This document shows, piece by piece, positions 35,996-49,325 of a stretch of 64,000 nt of DNA. The translations under genes and the position numbers were made by a program. This stretch comes from Mustelus asterias. Taxonomy: Eukaryota. The notes under the pieces were generated by a model. That model did not search any database. It saw nothing but the letters and a program-made list of their open reading frames with translations, and was not told the DNA's origin. The stretch is from NCBI RefSeq assembly GCF_964213995.1, contig NW_027590121.1, positions 2,666,001-2,730,000 of the forward strand, in the 5' to 3' direction. Within the stretch, counting starts at the first letter, position 1, and each line of letters opens with the position of its first letter.

Positions 35996-36960
35996 ATCTA
36001 ATATATATAAATGATTTGGAGGAAAATGTAACTGGATTGATAGGTAAGTTTGCGGACGACACAAAGGTTGGTGGATTTGCGGATAGCGATGAGGACCATC
36101 AGAGGATACAGCAGGATATAGACCAGTTGGAGACTTGGGTGGAGAGATGGCAGATGGAGTTTAATCCGGACAAATGTGAGGTAATGCAGTTTGGAAGGTC
36201 TAATACAGATAGGAAATATACAGTAAATGGCAGAACCTTTAACAATATTAATAGGCAAAGGGACCTGGGTGTACAGGTACACAGATTACTGAAAGTGGCA
36301 ATGCAGATGGAGAAGGTCGTCAAGAAGGCATACGGCATGCTTACCTTCATCGGCTGGGGCATTGAGTTTAAAAATTGGCAAGTCATGTTGCAGCTTTATA
36401 GAACCTTAGTTAGGCCGCACTTGGAATATAGTGTTCAATTCTGGTCGCCACACTACCAGAAGGAAGGCTTTGGAGAGGGTCCAGAAAAGACTTACCAGGA
36501 TGTTGCCTGGTATGGAGGGCATTAGCTATGAGGAGAGGTTGGAGAAACTTGGTTTGTTCTCACTTGAGCGATGGAGGTTGAGGGGAGACCTGATAGAAGT
36601 CTACAAGATTATGAGAGGCATGGAAAGAGTGGATAGTCAGAAGCTTTTTCCCAGGGTGGAAGAGTCAATTACTGTGGGGAATAGGTTTAAGGTGCGAGGG
36701 GTAAAATTTAAAAGAGATGAACGAGGCAGATGTTTTACAGAGAGAGTGGTGGGTGCCTGGTATTCATTGCCGGGGGAGGTAGTGGAAGCAGATACGGTCT
36801 TGACATTTAAGCGGCGTCTTGACAAGTACATGAATGAGATGGGAATAGAGGGATATGGTCCCTGGAAGGGTAGTGGGTTTTAGTTAAGTTGGGCAGTATG
36901 GTCGGTGCAGGCTTGGAGGGCCGAAGGGCCTGTATCTGTGCTGCAATTTTCTTTGTTCTT
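35996..36960 (+). mobile_element. CR1 LINE 3' part
   Basis: YINDL..KFADDTK in ORF 35866-36525; ORF 36431-36883; TTTGTTCTT tail. Confidence 0.92.
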
Positions 36961-37504
36961 AGTACACAAGCCAATTTATCTTTCTAGGGGTGAGTGTGTC
37001 TGAGAGGTATGCAACTGGAAAACATTTTCCATTCACCTCCTGCATTGCTGCAGTATAAATAGATGTTGTTCTCACTCTGCCAGCAGGGCTGTGGGATTAA
37101 TTGGACAGATCTTAAAGACAGCCCGACTGGGCAGGATGTGCCAAGTGGTTTCCATCTGTGATGTATCATTCCATAAAACAGAATAGTCAGCATCAGGAGA
37201 AAGAAAGTGAAAGAAATCAGTCTCTGTGGGATTTACCCAACCAGTATGAGCACCTTCAGGAGAGCAGAGAGAGAGGAAACCAGTGGGAAAAGTTTTAAAA
37301 ATTCGGGGTATTCCCACAGGAGAGCACTGGTTTAAATTAATTTTAGAAATAGAGAATGGCAGCGCACAAATTCCGAGGAATGCATTTTTAAATATTAATT
37401 GATCTTCATTGCACAAGATAATTTTCTATTATTGTCTTTGATTGACAATGACGCCATTAATTCCCAGGTGCCCCTGCGGGTGTGAAAGTGTCCCATTCAT
37501 TCCA

Positions 37505-37870
37505 AAGGAGCCTATTGCGCAGGCGCGGTGCTATATCTGGAGCGTGCGCAGTGTCACTTAGCCCGGAGCCCTATGAGTGCGGGAGATGCTTTTTTCAACG
37601 GGTGAGTCGGTGGGGCTGCGGGAGAAATGGAGCCGGGAGTCGGGGTAGGGAGGTAGCTATGGCTTCACAAACACCCGCTGTCGGCCGCACGGCCCGAATA
37701 GACCCTGCAGGTCCCGGGTTTACAGCTCCCAGGTTTTTATCCCGGGAACAGGCCCCGGTTATCGGCCGCCATCTTGTTTCAGCGGGGAAGGAGAGCGCAT
37801 GCGCTGCTGTCGGTGGCGGGTCACAATGGGCGGAGTTTCAGGGGCTGGTTCAGAACCTCTGTCTTCAGAG
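37505..37870 (+). promoter_or_regulatory. CpG-island promoter / first exon upstream of the 39310 gene
   Basis: TGCGCAGGCGC, GCGCATGCGC (NRF1), GCCGCCATCTTG (YY1), donor CGG|GTGAGT ~37601. Confidence 0.6.
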
Positions 37871-37876
37871 GGACAA

Positions 37877-38108
37877 TAGAATCATAGAAACCCTACAGCA
37901 CAGAAAGAGGCCATTCGGCCCATCGAGTCTGCACCGACCACAATCCCACCCAGGCCCTACCCCCATATCCCTACATATTTTACCCGCTAATCCCTCTAAT
38001 CTACGCATCCCAGGACACTAAGGGGCAATTTCTTTAGCATAGCCAATCAACCTAACCCGCACATCTTTGGACTGTGGGAGGAAACTGGAGCACCCAGAGG
38101 AAACCCTC
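37877..38108 (-). mobile_element. HE1-type SINE, 3' part
   Basis: Tail and part of the V-domain; abuts the Tx1 fragment. Confidence 0.88.
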
Positions 38109-38112
38109 GCAG

Positions 38113-38500
38113 AGAGGGGCGTGTCGGGATGGTGACCTCCTTGTGAACTTGCTCCTGGGCCTGGCAAAGCGCGCCATTTATCGGTCCAGGCAGCAGGCGA
38201 TCGAGGGGGCCATCCACCCTGACTGTCTGCCCCTCTACCGTGGCTACGTTCGCGGCCAGGTGTCCCTGGAGAGGGAACATGCGATGTCCATGGGTGCGCT
38301 TGACGCCTTCCGCCCCCATTGGGCACCGCAGGGGTTGGGGTGTGTTATCGACCCTAATAATCACATTGTGATTTGATGTTTTTAAGTTTCCTTTCTACTT
38401 TGATTTTTGTTCGGGCTGCTCCCCCTCCTTTTGGGGAGCTGCCCCTTTTACTTTGTCCTGATTTAACTTGAGTTTGTTTATTTGGTTTGACCTTAAAAAA
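38113..38500 (+). mobile_element. Tx1-clade LINE ORF2 C-terminus plus 3' UTR
   Basis: DLLVNLLLGLAKRAIYRSRQQ..F..W.PQG..* (to 38376) resembles Tx1/L1 ORF2 ends; T-rich UTR ending GACCTTAAAAAA. Confidence 0.7.
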
Positions 38501-39100
38501 GGCCAACATCTGTGAGTGAAACACTTTTTCTTTTCTCCCCCTTTCCATTTCTTTTCTCATTCCGGGGGAAATTGGGGACTTGCAGCAACTGAAGGGAAAG
38601 GAAGTGAATCCAGTCTGTATATTCCATACATTGTTAGTCCAGTCAGATAGACATATATCTGTCTGGCAGCCTGCATGGAGATTTCCAGCTCTCTCTGTCC
38701 AGGACAGGAAGCAGTGAGCATGGATCTACCAATCAGCCTCAATCAGAGGGTGAATATTAGATACAGCAGAGTGAGAATGGAGGGAGAGTGTGTGGGATGG
38801 AGATTTACAGCTCTTGGGGAATGAGAGAGGAAAGAATGTTCCATAGAAACTAGAATCGTCTGTTCTCAATTTCTATCCTGTACTGACAGTGATAACCTTT
38901 GTAAACTCCTTTTACAGGATATCAGAAGTTGAGGATTTTACAGACAGAAATCTCAAACCAAACATCACATCAACATCTGACAGAGTCACTCAATTCATCG
39001 GGACCTGAATATCTTCGGTCTTTGAATCCAGAAGGAGAAATGTTTCTCTGTTCTGTCTGCTTTAGCAGTCTTTAAACATCAGTGTGACTGGAACAGGACT

Positions 39101-39102
<2 letters not shown>

Positions 39103-39150
<48 letters not shown>
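39103..39150. repeat. (AC)n microsatellite inside the fossil leader
   Basis: Expansion of the GACACACAC (D-T-H-T) codons seen in paralogues. Confidence 0.95.
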
Positions 39151-39154
<4 letters not shown>

Positions 39155-39309
39155 CAACTGAGATTTTCCCATGCAGTGACTGTGGAAAGAGCCTCCCAGT
39201 TACACAGCCTGAAAAAATATTGCACCATCACAGCAGGGCACTATAATCTTGTTCTGTGTGAGACTTCAACTGATGGTCAAACCTGGAGCAACACAAGGAT
39301 ACCTGCACC

Positions 39310-40152
39310 ATGGAGAAACCGTGGAAATGTGGGGACTGTGGGAAGGGTTGCAAAACCCCCTCTGAGCTGCAAATTCATCGACGTATTCACACCGGAGAGA
39401 AGCCATACACCTGTTCTGTGTGTGGGAAGAGGTTCACTCGGTTATATCATCTGCAGCGACATCGGTTGGTTCACACTGGAGAAAGAGCATTCATCTGCTT
39501 TGAGTGTGGGAACGGATTCGCTCATTTACCCGATTTGCAGAGACACCAGCGCGTTCACACTGGAGAGAGACCATTCATCTGCTTGGTGTGTGGGAAAGGA
39601 TTTATGCAGTTATCCAATCTGTCAAAACACAAAGTCACTCACAGCAATGAGAAACCCTTTAAATGCTCTGACTGTGGAAATGGTTTCAAAAGCTCTCGGG
39701 AACTGACGATCCACCAGCGCATTCACACTGGGGAGAGACCGTTCAGCTGCTCTCACTGCACAAAGACATTTAGAACATCATCCCACCTGCGGGAGCACCA
39801 GCGAATTCACACCAGGGAGAGACCGTTCACCTGCTCTGTGTGTGGGAAGGGATTCACTCATTCATCCAGCCTGCTGAGTCACAATCTCACTCACACCCAG
39901 GAGAGACCCTTTAAATGCTCTGACTGTGGCAGTGGTTTCAAAAGTTCTCGGGATCTGGTTATCCACCAGCGCACTCACACTGAGGAGAGACCGTTCAGCT
40001 GCTCTCACTGCACAAAGAGATTTAGAACATCATCCAGCCTGCGGGAGCACCAGCGAGTTCACACTGGGGAGAGACCGTTCACCTGCTGTTTGTGTGGGAA
40101 GGGATTCACTCAGTCATCCAGCCTGCGGAGACACCAACGAGTTCACGAATGA
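39310..40152 (+). CDS. C2H2 zinc-finger protein, finger-only, 10 intact fingers (280 aa)
   Basis: GCACCATGG start; MEKPWKC; exon 1 donor 38512, exon 2 ~38703, acceptor ~38917. Confidence 0.92.
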   Translation: MEKPWKCGDCGKGCKTPSELQIHRRIHTGEKPYTCSVCGKRFTRLYHLQRHRLVHTGERAFICFECGNGFAHLPDLQRHQRVHTGERPFICLVCGKGFMQLSNLSKHKVTHSNEKPFKCSDCGNGFKSSRELTIHQRIHTGERPFSCSHCTKTFRTSSHLREHQRIHTRERPFTCSVCGKGFTHSSSLLSHNLTHTQERPFKCSDCGSGFKSSRDLVIHQRTHTEERPFSCSHCTKRFRTSSSLREHQRVHTGERPFTCCLCGKGFTQSSSLRRHQRVHE

Positions 40153-40527
40153 TGACAGTGGTTGGATGCTGCTATTAATCACATCCAGGACTGAACCATG
40201 TTCATTCTGACAGTTGAAGTGGGAGGGTCGGAGGGTTTCTTTCTGCTGGACTGGCCGGTCTCACAACTTTGCTTCTCTGAGCCTGGGAGAGCACATTTCC
40301 ACTGAAATGATCCACAAAAGCTGATGAAGGACATTTATTTATCCTGGATAATAAATATTTTTCCTACCGCTACAGGTAGATCTGAAATAAATACAGAAAG
40401 GACTGGAAAAATGCATTAGGTCTGGCAACATTTATGGAGAGAGAAACAGTGTTAATATTTCACACTACTGGATTGGGAATCAATCTGGTAAACCTCCTCT
40501 GAACTGCTTCCATGGTATTTATAAAAT

Positions 40528-40845
40528 GGGACAGCATGGCAGCACAGTGATTAGCACTGCTGCATCATAACACCAGGGACCCAGGTTCAATTCCAGCCCG
40601 GGTCACTGTCTGTGTGGAGTTTGCACATTCTCTGCGTGGGTTTCCTCCGGGTGCTCCGGTTTCCTCCCACAGTCCAAAGATGTGTGGGTTAGGTTGATTG
40701 GCCATGATAAATTGACCTTTAGTGTCAGGCGGACTGGCTGGAGTAAATGCATGTGGTTATGGGAATAGGGCCTGGATGGGATGGTGTTTGGTACAGACTC
40801 GATGGACAGAACGGCCTCTGTCTGTACTGTAGGGATTCTACGATC
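40528..40845 (+). mobile_element. HE1-type V-SINE (older); further copies at 41295-41535 (+), 41875-42168 (-), 46540-46800 (+), 46995-47350 (+)
   Basis: tRNA head and V-domain in each. Confidence 0.85.
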
Positions 40846-40976
40846 CTTTGTTTAATAGGAGACAAAAACTGCAGCCACTATTCAAGATGCAGTTTCAGCA
40901 ACACCCTGTATAACTGAAGCAGAACATCTTTACTTCAATGTTCAATTTCTCTCAGAATAAAGGATTGCATTCCATA

Positions 40977-42990
40977 TGTAAGAATTTTGAATTGTTTGAA
41001 CTCAGATTTATGGGGTTCACTTGTTTACAACAACCTCCCTAATCATAACTCACCCAGGTTCCAGTGACTTAACCATATGGCAAGAAAGAACACTTTAAAT
41101 GGTGAATTCAGAAAGTTTATTCACCATTAAAAATGTAACAAGTCAGAAAGATAAAAAATCAAAGTATCGATCAACAGTAAAGGAGAAAGCTTAACTTTAA
41201 CTTCCCTCCATCCCTCTCAGACCAGGACATGAAGTGGTGGCTCTGAAAACACGGATAACTTGTAAAATCAACAGCTCCCAACACATTTCTGTAGGACACA
41301 GTGGTTCGCACTGCTGCCTCACAGCACCAGAGACCCGGGTTTGAGTTCCACCTTGGGTCACTGTCTGTACAGAGTCTGCACATTCCCCCTCTGTGGGTTT
41401 TCTCCCACAGACCGAAGGACTTGCTGGTTATACATAGAGCATGCTAAATTCTCCCTCAGTTTACCCGAACAGGCGCCAGAGTGTGGCGACTGGGGGATTT
41501 TCAGAGTAACTTCATTGCAGTGTGAATGTGTGACACTAATAAATAAACTTTAAAAAACCTTGAACTTTTAAAAACTTTTGCCAAATTGGTTTCTCGAATC
41601 CCCTTTTTTATACTTTCAAAATGTAGAAAGCCCAGCTCAGCCAATTGTTGGGAATTAGCCAATTGGTCTATGACTTGTCAATAATGAAACTGGTTTGGTT
41701 TTTTAGCTAGTTACACACATTGTCTGAATTTTAAGACAATTCTTTCTCTCAAACGATATCTCTTAGTTTGGGGTTGCCTGAGTGTTGACCAATAATTGGT
41801 TAACATCAGTCATTCAATGTTGAGACATCTTGATCAGGAGCTGATTCATTCCCTCCAGTCAAGGTTAACAAAGTATTAAAGTTTATTTATTAGTGTCACA
41901 AGTAGGCTGACATTAACACTGCAATGAAGTTCCTGTGAAAATCCCTTAGTTGCCACACTCTGGCGTCTGATCGGATACACTGATTGAGAATTTAACATGG
42001 CTAACCCACACGTCTTTTGGAGTGTGGGAACAAACAGGAGCACCTGGAGGAAACCCACGCAGACACGGGGAGAACGTGCAGACTCCGCATAGTCAGCCAA
42101 GCCAGGAATCGAACCCAGGTCCCTGGCACTGTGAGGCAGCAGTGCTCACCACTGTGGCACCGCGCCACGCTAACAAGTCTTGTTATCTGTTTTTTTCTAT
42201 TCTGTTATCCTCCGAAGGGAACATTTTATTATCCCCACAACATTTTAACCGTTCTTAATGTTTATAATTCTGAAAGTTATAAACTTTTGTGTTCAAATTT
42301 ACATTTCCAGCCTTTCTAACATCTGTATTAATTAATCATTTATTCTTTAATTGTCTCTCAATTCAGGCTGTCCATTTAACTAATCTCCTGCTTTACAATT
42401 GTGGGAACTTCAGTCCACAGATAAGGTAGTCAAACGTGTTGTTAAAAGCACGATGTTCTTCATATAAATAAATAACAAAGTTTAAAAATCATTGGCAAAC
42501 TAAAGGAAACAGGAGCATTGGAACCAGCCTGGACTTGCAGACTGAAACCCCGCCCAAAGGCCGCACGTGCTCAGAAGGGAGAAAGGTTGAGAAGAACACT
42601 CTGTAACACTTCTCCTCCCCTTAAATTTCAATCCTCCATCAGGACAGAAATACAACAAAGTAATGTCTTTAACAATACGGAAGTCTGTCAGGAGCTTTGT
42701 GGTTGCATTGCAACCTGTACAATACCACTGGTAAATCTTGTAATGGTGTTTCTGGAATGGGAGGTGAAGAGGTAGTTTGAGAATCTGTACATGAACATTC
42801 CTCTTCCACTCCCACAGCAGAGTCAACTGGCAAAGCTGGAACCATTTCCTGGTGAACATCCACAGCAGCATGACCCTCTGCCATGTTCTCAGTAATGGTT
42901 GCTGATTCTGAAACTGTTCCTGACTCGGGGTCACACCGCAAGTGAATATGGTCTTGGTGGCTATGCTTAAAATTTCCACATTTAACTGGT
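40977..42990 (-). mobile_element. Gypsy-like LTR element 3' remnant (integrase tail, PPT, LTR with nested SINEs)
   Basis: ORF 42669-43127 ends ..KAPDRL; polypurine tract AAGGGGAGGAGAAG directly before TGTTACAG at 42608; putative LTR end ..CTTACA at 40977. Confidence 0.5.
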
Positions 42991-44913
42991 TCCCATGAAT
43001 CCTCAATTATAAAGCAAAATAGACATAAGTTTCTGGGCGATTTAAAAACAAATGAACTGTCTGCTGAAAGGGTTAACTTTTCTACAGAACCTAAAGGGGT
43101 GGGGAGTGAGCAGAAAAAACATGGCACACAATTACGTCACTTTACATAATTTTTAAAATCTTCTCGAACAACAAAACAAACTTAATTTTAAACTTCATCG
43201 ATTATTCTTTTTGTTTTCTTCCTCAACCGAATAATTTTAATTTGATCAGTTTTTGTTTGGGATGGGTCACTTCTGTTCTTTATAAACTGATTCACTCGTT
43301 TTGTTCGTTCGACATGAGAATCAGAACCCAGCCTTTATCATCCTTATCCTTTTTCTCCTTCTGCCACCACTCCCTCTGTTTTGCGGGAGGGTCGTGGGGA
43401 TTCCAATCAGAACTAATCATTTTATCATAAAAGTAAAATACTGCGGATTCTGGAATCTGAAACAAAAATAGAAAATGCTGGAAAGTCTCAGCAGATCCGA
43501 CAGCTTCTGTGGAGAGAGAATAGAGCCAATGTTTCCAGTCTGGGTGACCCTTCATAAGAGCTCTTCTGAAGTGTAATCCAGACTCAAAACATTGGCTCTA
43601 TTCTCTTATCATTGTATCGATAAGTTTCTTACTGTTAGTTTCCAAATGGCAGGTAAGAGACCCATCAGGTCCCCACTCGAGCTCTGATTTTTCACTGGCC
43701 ATGCTTGGATAGGATTATAAACATTAGAATCTACTCTCAGAGGTCCGCTTTTCAATCCAGTGCTACTTGGAGTATACCGTCACTTCACCGACTATCAGGT
43801 CATAAATGTATAATAAAATAATTCAAATAATGCCTGGGAACGCTTTGAACCAACTACCTATCATCGTTCGTTGATTGGTCAGACCCCCTTTTTACAGATT
43901 CAAGTATCTCAGCCGCTGAACACCAGCCGATCCTGGAATAAGTTTAATTCTAATTCATTCTGAGTAAATATTCTCACCAGGTCCTCTGTCGGGGCCCTGC
44001 TAAGCAGCTTTAATGGTTCGTGATTGCAGAAACTGAGCAGTCACAGGAATGTGGTCAAGATAGTCCAGTCCCATAATGCCTCACATTCAATCAGCAGTCC
44101 TTCAATTATAACAGAATATGTGGCTGTATGTAGCTGCCTCGGCCACGATCAGCGCCAACACTGCCTTCCTGAACTGTTACAATGCCTGAGGTGTAAGTAC
44201 ACCCACAGTGCTGTTAGGGAGGGATTTCCAGCTACACATTCCAGACTTTCACTAACTGTAGGTGGATACCAGATTGATACATTTCATTCAACTGCACCCA
44301 AGCTGAGTTATTTCTTTATTGTCCAGGAAAGTATATTCACAATATCTTTAAAACAGAAATTAAACATTCCCATTTAATTTCAGGTATTAACATATTCTGT
44401 GAGTTTGTTCTTTAATGTCGATGTCAGGCTGGGGTTGTTTCCCTTGGAGCAAAGGAGGTTGAGGGGAGATTTGATGGAGGTGAACAAGATTCTGACAGGT
44501 TTAGATAAGGTGGACAAAGAAAAGCTGTTCCCATTAGCTGAAGGGACAAGGATGAGGGGGACACAGATTTATGGTTTTGTGTCAGAGAGGAAGGGGGGAT
44601 GTGAGGAAGAATATTCTGATGCAGCGAATGGTAATGACCTGGAACTCGCTGCCTACGAGGGTGGAGGAAGTGGAGACAATAAACAATTACAAAGGAAATT
44701 GGATGAACATTTGGGGGGTTTCAAACAGAAATGCTGACTAAATATCTCTTAACCTCCGAGCACCAGCCACTGGAGGCAAAGTCGTGAGACCTGCCAGTCC
44801 AGCAGAAAGAAACCCTCTGACCCTCCCCATTGACCAACTGTGAGAATGAACAAAATGCAGTCCTGGATGTAATTGAGAGCAGAAACAATAACAGCAGAAT
44901 CCAACCCCTGGAA

Positions 44914-45420
44914 TCACTCGTGAGTTTGTTGGTGTCTCAGCAGGTGGGGTGAGACTCTGAATCCCTCCCCACACTGAGAGCAGGTGAACGGCCTCTCCCC
45001 AGTGTGAACTCGCTGGTGTTTCTGCAGCCTGGAAGAGTTTGTGAATCCCTTCCCACGCTGAGAGCAGGTGAACGGCCTCTCTCCATTGTGAACTCGCTGG
45101 TGTTTCTGCAGGGTGGTTGAACGAGTGAATCCCTTCCCACACTGAGAGCAGGTGAACCGCCTCTCCCCAGTGTGAACTCGCTGGTGTCTCTGCTGGTTGG
45201 ATAACTGACTGAATCTCTTCCCACACACAGAGTAGGTGAAGGGCCTCTCCCCAGTGTGAATTAGTTGGTGTGTCCGCAGTTCGGATGACTGAGTGAATCC
45301 CTTTCCACACACACAGCAGCTGAAGGGCCTCTCCCCAGTGTGACTGCGTCGATGAATTTCCAGCCGAGATGGGCACATGTATCCCTTCCCATAGTCCCCA
45401 CATTTCCACGGTTTCTCCAT
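44914..45420 (-). CDS. C2H2 zinc-finger protein, 6 fingers, three with a lost Cys (decaying)
   Basis: GCACCATGG start; CGDY, FTYSVC, CSQR substitutions. Confidence 0.7.
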   Translation of the reverse strand: MEKPWKCGDYGKGYMCPSRLEIHRRSHTGERPFSCCVCGKGFTQSSELRTHQLIHTGERPFTYSVCGKRFSQLSNQQRHQRVHTGERRFTCSQCGKGFTRSTTLQKHQRVHNGERPFTCSQRGKGFTNSSRLQKHQRVHTGERPFTCSQCGEGFRVSPHLLRHQQTHE

Positions 45421-46128
45421 GGTGCGGGTGTCCTTGTGACTCTGTAGTTTAAACAATCAGTTAAATCTCACACAGAACACGGGTACAATCTCTCCCCGCT
45501 GTGAATGCTGCGATGTATTTTCAAGCTGTGTAACTGGTTAAAGCTCTTTCCACTGTGCACTGGAGCACTCTGACTCAGGTGTGTGTGTGTGTGTCTTGCG
45601 GATTTTCCAGTCACACAGATGCTTAAAATCTTCAGAAGCAGACAGAACAGAGAAACATTTCCCCTTCTAGATTCAAAGGTCAGTGATATTCAGGTCCCGA
45701 TGAATTGAGCGATCCTGTCAGATGTTGATGTGACATTTGGTTTGAGATTTCTGTCTGTAAGTTCTCACCTTCTGATATTCTGTAAAAGGAATTTACAAAA
45801 GTCATCAGTGTCAGTACAGGATAGAAATTCAGAACAGACAATTCCAGTTTCTATGAAACATTCTTTTCTCTCTCATTCCCCAAAAGCTGTAAATCTCCAT
45901 CCCACACACTCTCCCTCCATTCTCACTCTGCTGTATCTAATATTCACCCTCCCAATTCTCCTGAAGGTGCTGATTGAGGCAGATTGACAGATCCATGCTC
46001 ACTGCTTCCTGTCCTGGACACAGAGAGCTGGAAATCTCCATGCAGGCTGCCAGACAGATATATGTCTATCTGACTGGACTAACAATGTGTGGAATGTACC
46101 GACTGGACTCACTTCCTTTCCCTTCAGT

Positions 46129-48028
46129 GGCTAAGGATGGACAAGTCACCAGGACCCAATGAACTGCACGCTAGCTTTTTAATGGAGGTTGCTGAAGGGA
46201 TAGTGGAGAATTCTGTTGAAATTTTTCGTAACTTGCTAGATTCCGGGAAAGTATCGGAAGATTGGCAATCAGCCAATGTGACTACCTTGGTCAAAAAAGG
46301 AGAAAGGCAGAAGGCAGGGAACTATAGGCCAGTTAATTTAACATCTATTATTGGCAAGACGCTGGAGTCAATAATCAAAGAGCAAATAGCCAATCATTTA
46401 GGAAAGCTGAATATAATCAAACCTCGTCAACATGGTTCTATGAAAGATAAATCATGTTTGACAAATTTGCTTGAATTGTTTGAGGTTGTAAGAAGGAGGG
46501 TAGATCGAGAGAAATCTGTGCTTGTAGTTTATTTAAAAAGGGCGCCACAGCAGCACAGTGGTTAGCACTGCTGCTTCACAGTGCCAGGGACCCGGGTTCA
46601 ATCCCGGCCTTGGGTGACAGTCTGTGTGGCGTATGCGCATTCTCTCCATGTCTGTGTGGATTTCTGAGTTCTCCAGGTTCTTCCCACAGTCCAAAGATGT
46701 GCGGGTTAGATTGAATGACCATGCTAAATTGCCCCTTTGTGTCCCAATAGATGTGGATTAGTGGGGTAAAAATGTAGGGCTACAGGAATAGGGCCTGGGA
46801 AAGATGAGTCGAGCGTTGGGGAAGATGCAATAAAGTCACCCCTCTGTCTTCAAAACCTGGCAAATGGAGTTTAAAGTGGGGAAGTGTGAGGTCATGTATT
46901 TCAGTAGGAGGAATCAACAGGAAGATTATCTAAATGGGGAGAGGCTGCCGGTGAGTGAAGTACAGAGGGACCTTGGTGTTCTTGTGCATGAATCGGGCGG
47001 CACGGTAGCACAGACGGGCGACACGGTAGCACAGTGGTTAGCACTGCTGCTTCACAGCTCCAGGGTCCCGGGTTCGATTCCCGGCTCGGGTCACTGTCTG
47101 TGTGGAGTTTGCACATTCTCCTCGTGTCTGCGTGGGTTTCCTCCGGGTGCTCCGGTTTCCTCCCACAGTCCAAAGATGTGTGGGTTAGGTTGATTGGCCA
47201 GGTTAAAAATTGCCTCACAGTCCTGGGATGCGTAGGTTAGAGGGATTAGCAGGTAAATATGTGGGGGTAGGGCCTGGGTGGGATTGTGGTCGGTGCAGAC
47301 TCGATGGGCCAAATGGCCTCCTTCTGCACTGTAGGGTTTCTATGATTTCTAGGTCACATTCAGTCTGTTTCTCTCTATGAATCACAAAAAGCGAGCAGGC
47401 AGGTCCCACACGAGTTAAGAAGGAAAATGGCATTTTGGCTTTTATTGCAAAGGGGTTGGAGTTTAAAAACAGGGAGGTTTTGTTGCAACTGTACAGTGTG
47501 TTGGTGATGCCTCACCTGGAATAATGCATACAGTTTTGATCCCCTTATCTAAACAAGGATATAGTAATATTGGACATAGTCCAAAGGAAATTCACCAGGC
47601 TAATTCCTGGGATAGGAGGGTTGTCCTATCACGAGGGAGTAAATTGTCAAGGTCTGTGTTCCTTGAAGTTTTGAAGACAAAGGAGTTATTGAAACATTTC
47701 AGATCCTGAGGGGGCTTGACAGGGTAGATGGTGAGATATTTTCAAACAAAATAAAGGGTCAGTCATTTAAAACTGAGGTGTGCAGGAATTTCTTCTCACA
47801 GAGGATGATGAAGCTCTGGAATTCCCCGCCCCAAAGGGTGGTGGAGGCTGGATCGTTAGAAGTATTTAAAGTGGAGGTGGATACATATTTGATAGATCGG
47901 GGAATAGAGGGCTATGGGGAAATGGCACAGTAAAGGAGTTGAAACCAGCATCAGTCAGCTATGGTCGGATTGAATGGCGGGACAGGCTTCAAGGGCCTGG
48001 TGGCCGCTCCTGCTTCTATTTCTCGTGA
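46129..48028 (+). mobile_element. Degenerate CR1 LINE with nested SINEs in intron 1 of the 45420 gene
   Basis: DKSPGP..NYRPV in ORF 46089-46565; splits CCCTTCAGTTGCTGC (intact at 3660) with TCAGT on both sides. Confidence 0.85.
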
Positions 48029-48159
48029 TCAGTTGCTGCAAGTCAACAATTTCTCCCAGAATGAGAAACAAAATGGAAAGGGGGAGAAAAGAAACTGTTT
48101 TACTCACAGATGTTGAAGACAGAAGGAAGTTTGAGCCTGTCTGAAGCTCAATCTTCATT

Positions 48160-48600
48160 CAGAGAGAAGCAGCAGCAGCTTTGCTGGGCAGGAGTGAGCA
48201 GCTGAACAAGCTCATTGTGCAACTTCCGCATTCAGACAATGGGGGAGCTCTGATTGGCTGGAGGACCCGAGTACTGCCGGTCCTCCAGAGTTCCCATTGG
48301 TCAATCCCACGCAGACAGACAATGAGGGGCGGAGCCCCACGTGGGGGTGGGCGGGACTTTGTCCTCCAGCCACGCTGAGCTGTTGTCCAATGGGAAAGGC
48401 TGGAAGACCCGGACAGACAATGGTCAGTGCGCCGGCTGTGTCCCGGGCCCCGCCCCACACCCGCACATGCGCATTCCCCCAAAACCCGCACATGCGCACT
48501 TCTGATTCACTTCCGCTCACCAGCTCTGGCCAATAGGAAGACTTGGAGGACCGGAAAGACCGTGGTCCTCCAGCCAATCAGAGCGCAGGCTTTGTGTGAA
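48160..48600. promoter_or_regulatory. CpG-island bidirectional promoter (pair 4)
   Basis: Inverted GGTCCTCCAGCCAATCAGAG units (~48248, ~48565), CGCACATGCGCA x2, GGGGCGGAG, ACTTCCGC; inverted exon-1 modules on both sides. Confidence 0.78.
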
Positions 48601-48799
48601 TGAAGATTGAGCTTCAGACAGACTCAAACTTCCTTCAGTCTCAACCTAAAAGAGGCCAACATCTGTGAGTAAAACACTTTCTTTTCTCATTCTGGGGGTA
48701 ATTGGAGAATTGCAACAACTGAAGGGAAAGGAAGTGAATCCAGGGAGGGTGCAGACTCAGGAAAGGTTGGCCCAGGTCCCTCTCTCTCTTAAAGAAATT

Positions 48800-49325
48800 T
48801 AAGAGAAACATAGAAGATAGGAGCAGGAGGAAGCCATTTGGCCCTTCGAGCCTGCTCTGCCATTCATTAAGATCATGGATGATCAAGCAACTCAATAGTC
48901 TAATCCTGCTTTCTCCCCATAACCTGTGATCCCATTTGCCCCAAGTGCAAAGGATATTTACCAGGCTGATTCAGGGAATGGCGGGACTGATGTATGAGGC
49001 GCTTTTGAATACATTCAATGTTTTGGCATCAATTCCTTCCTGTGGTCATGAATTCCACAGGCTCACCACTCTTTGGGTGAAAAAATGTCTCCTCACCTCC
49101 GTCCTAAATGGTCTACCCTGAATCCTCAGACTGTGACCCTTGGTTCTGGACTCCCCCACCATCAGAAACATCCTCCCTGCATCTATCCTGTCTCGACCTG
49201 TTAGAATTTTATAAGTCTCTGTGAGATCCCCCCTCATTCATCTGAACTCCAACGAAAACCATCCTAACCTCGTCAGTCTCTCCTCATACATCAGTCCCGC
49301 CATTCCCTGAATCAGCCTGGTAAAT
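48800..49325 (-). mobile_element. CR1 3' fragment with internal inverted 54-bp copy
   Basis: ORF 49046-49237; absent from the paralogous intron at ~4450. Confidence 0.8.
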
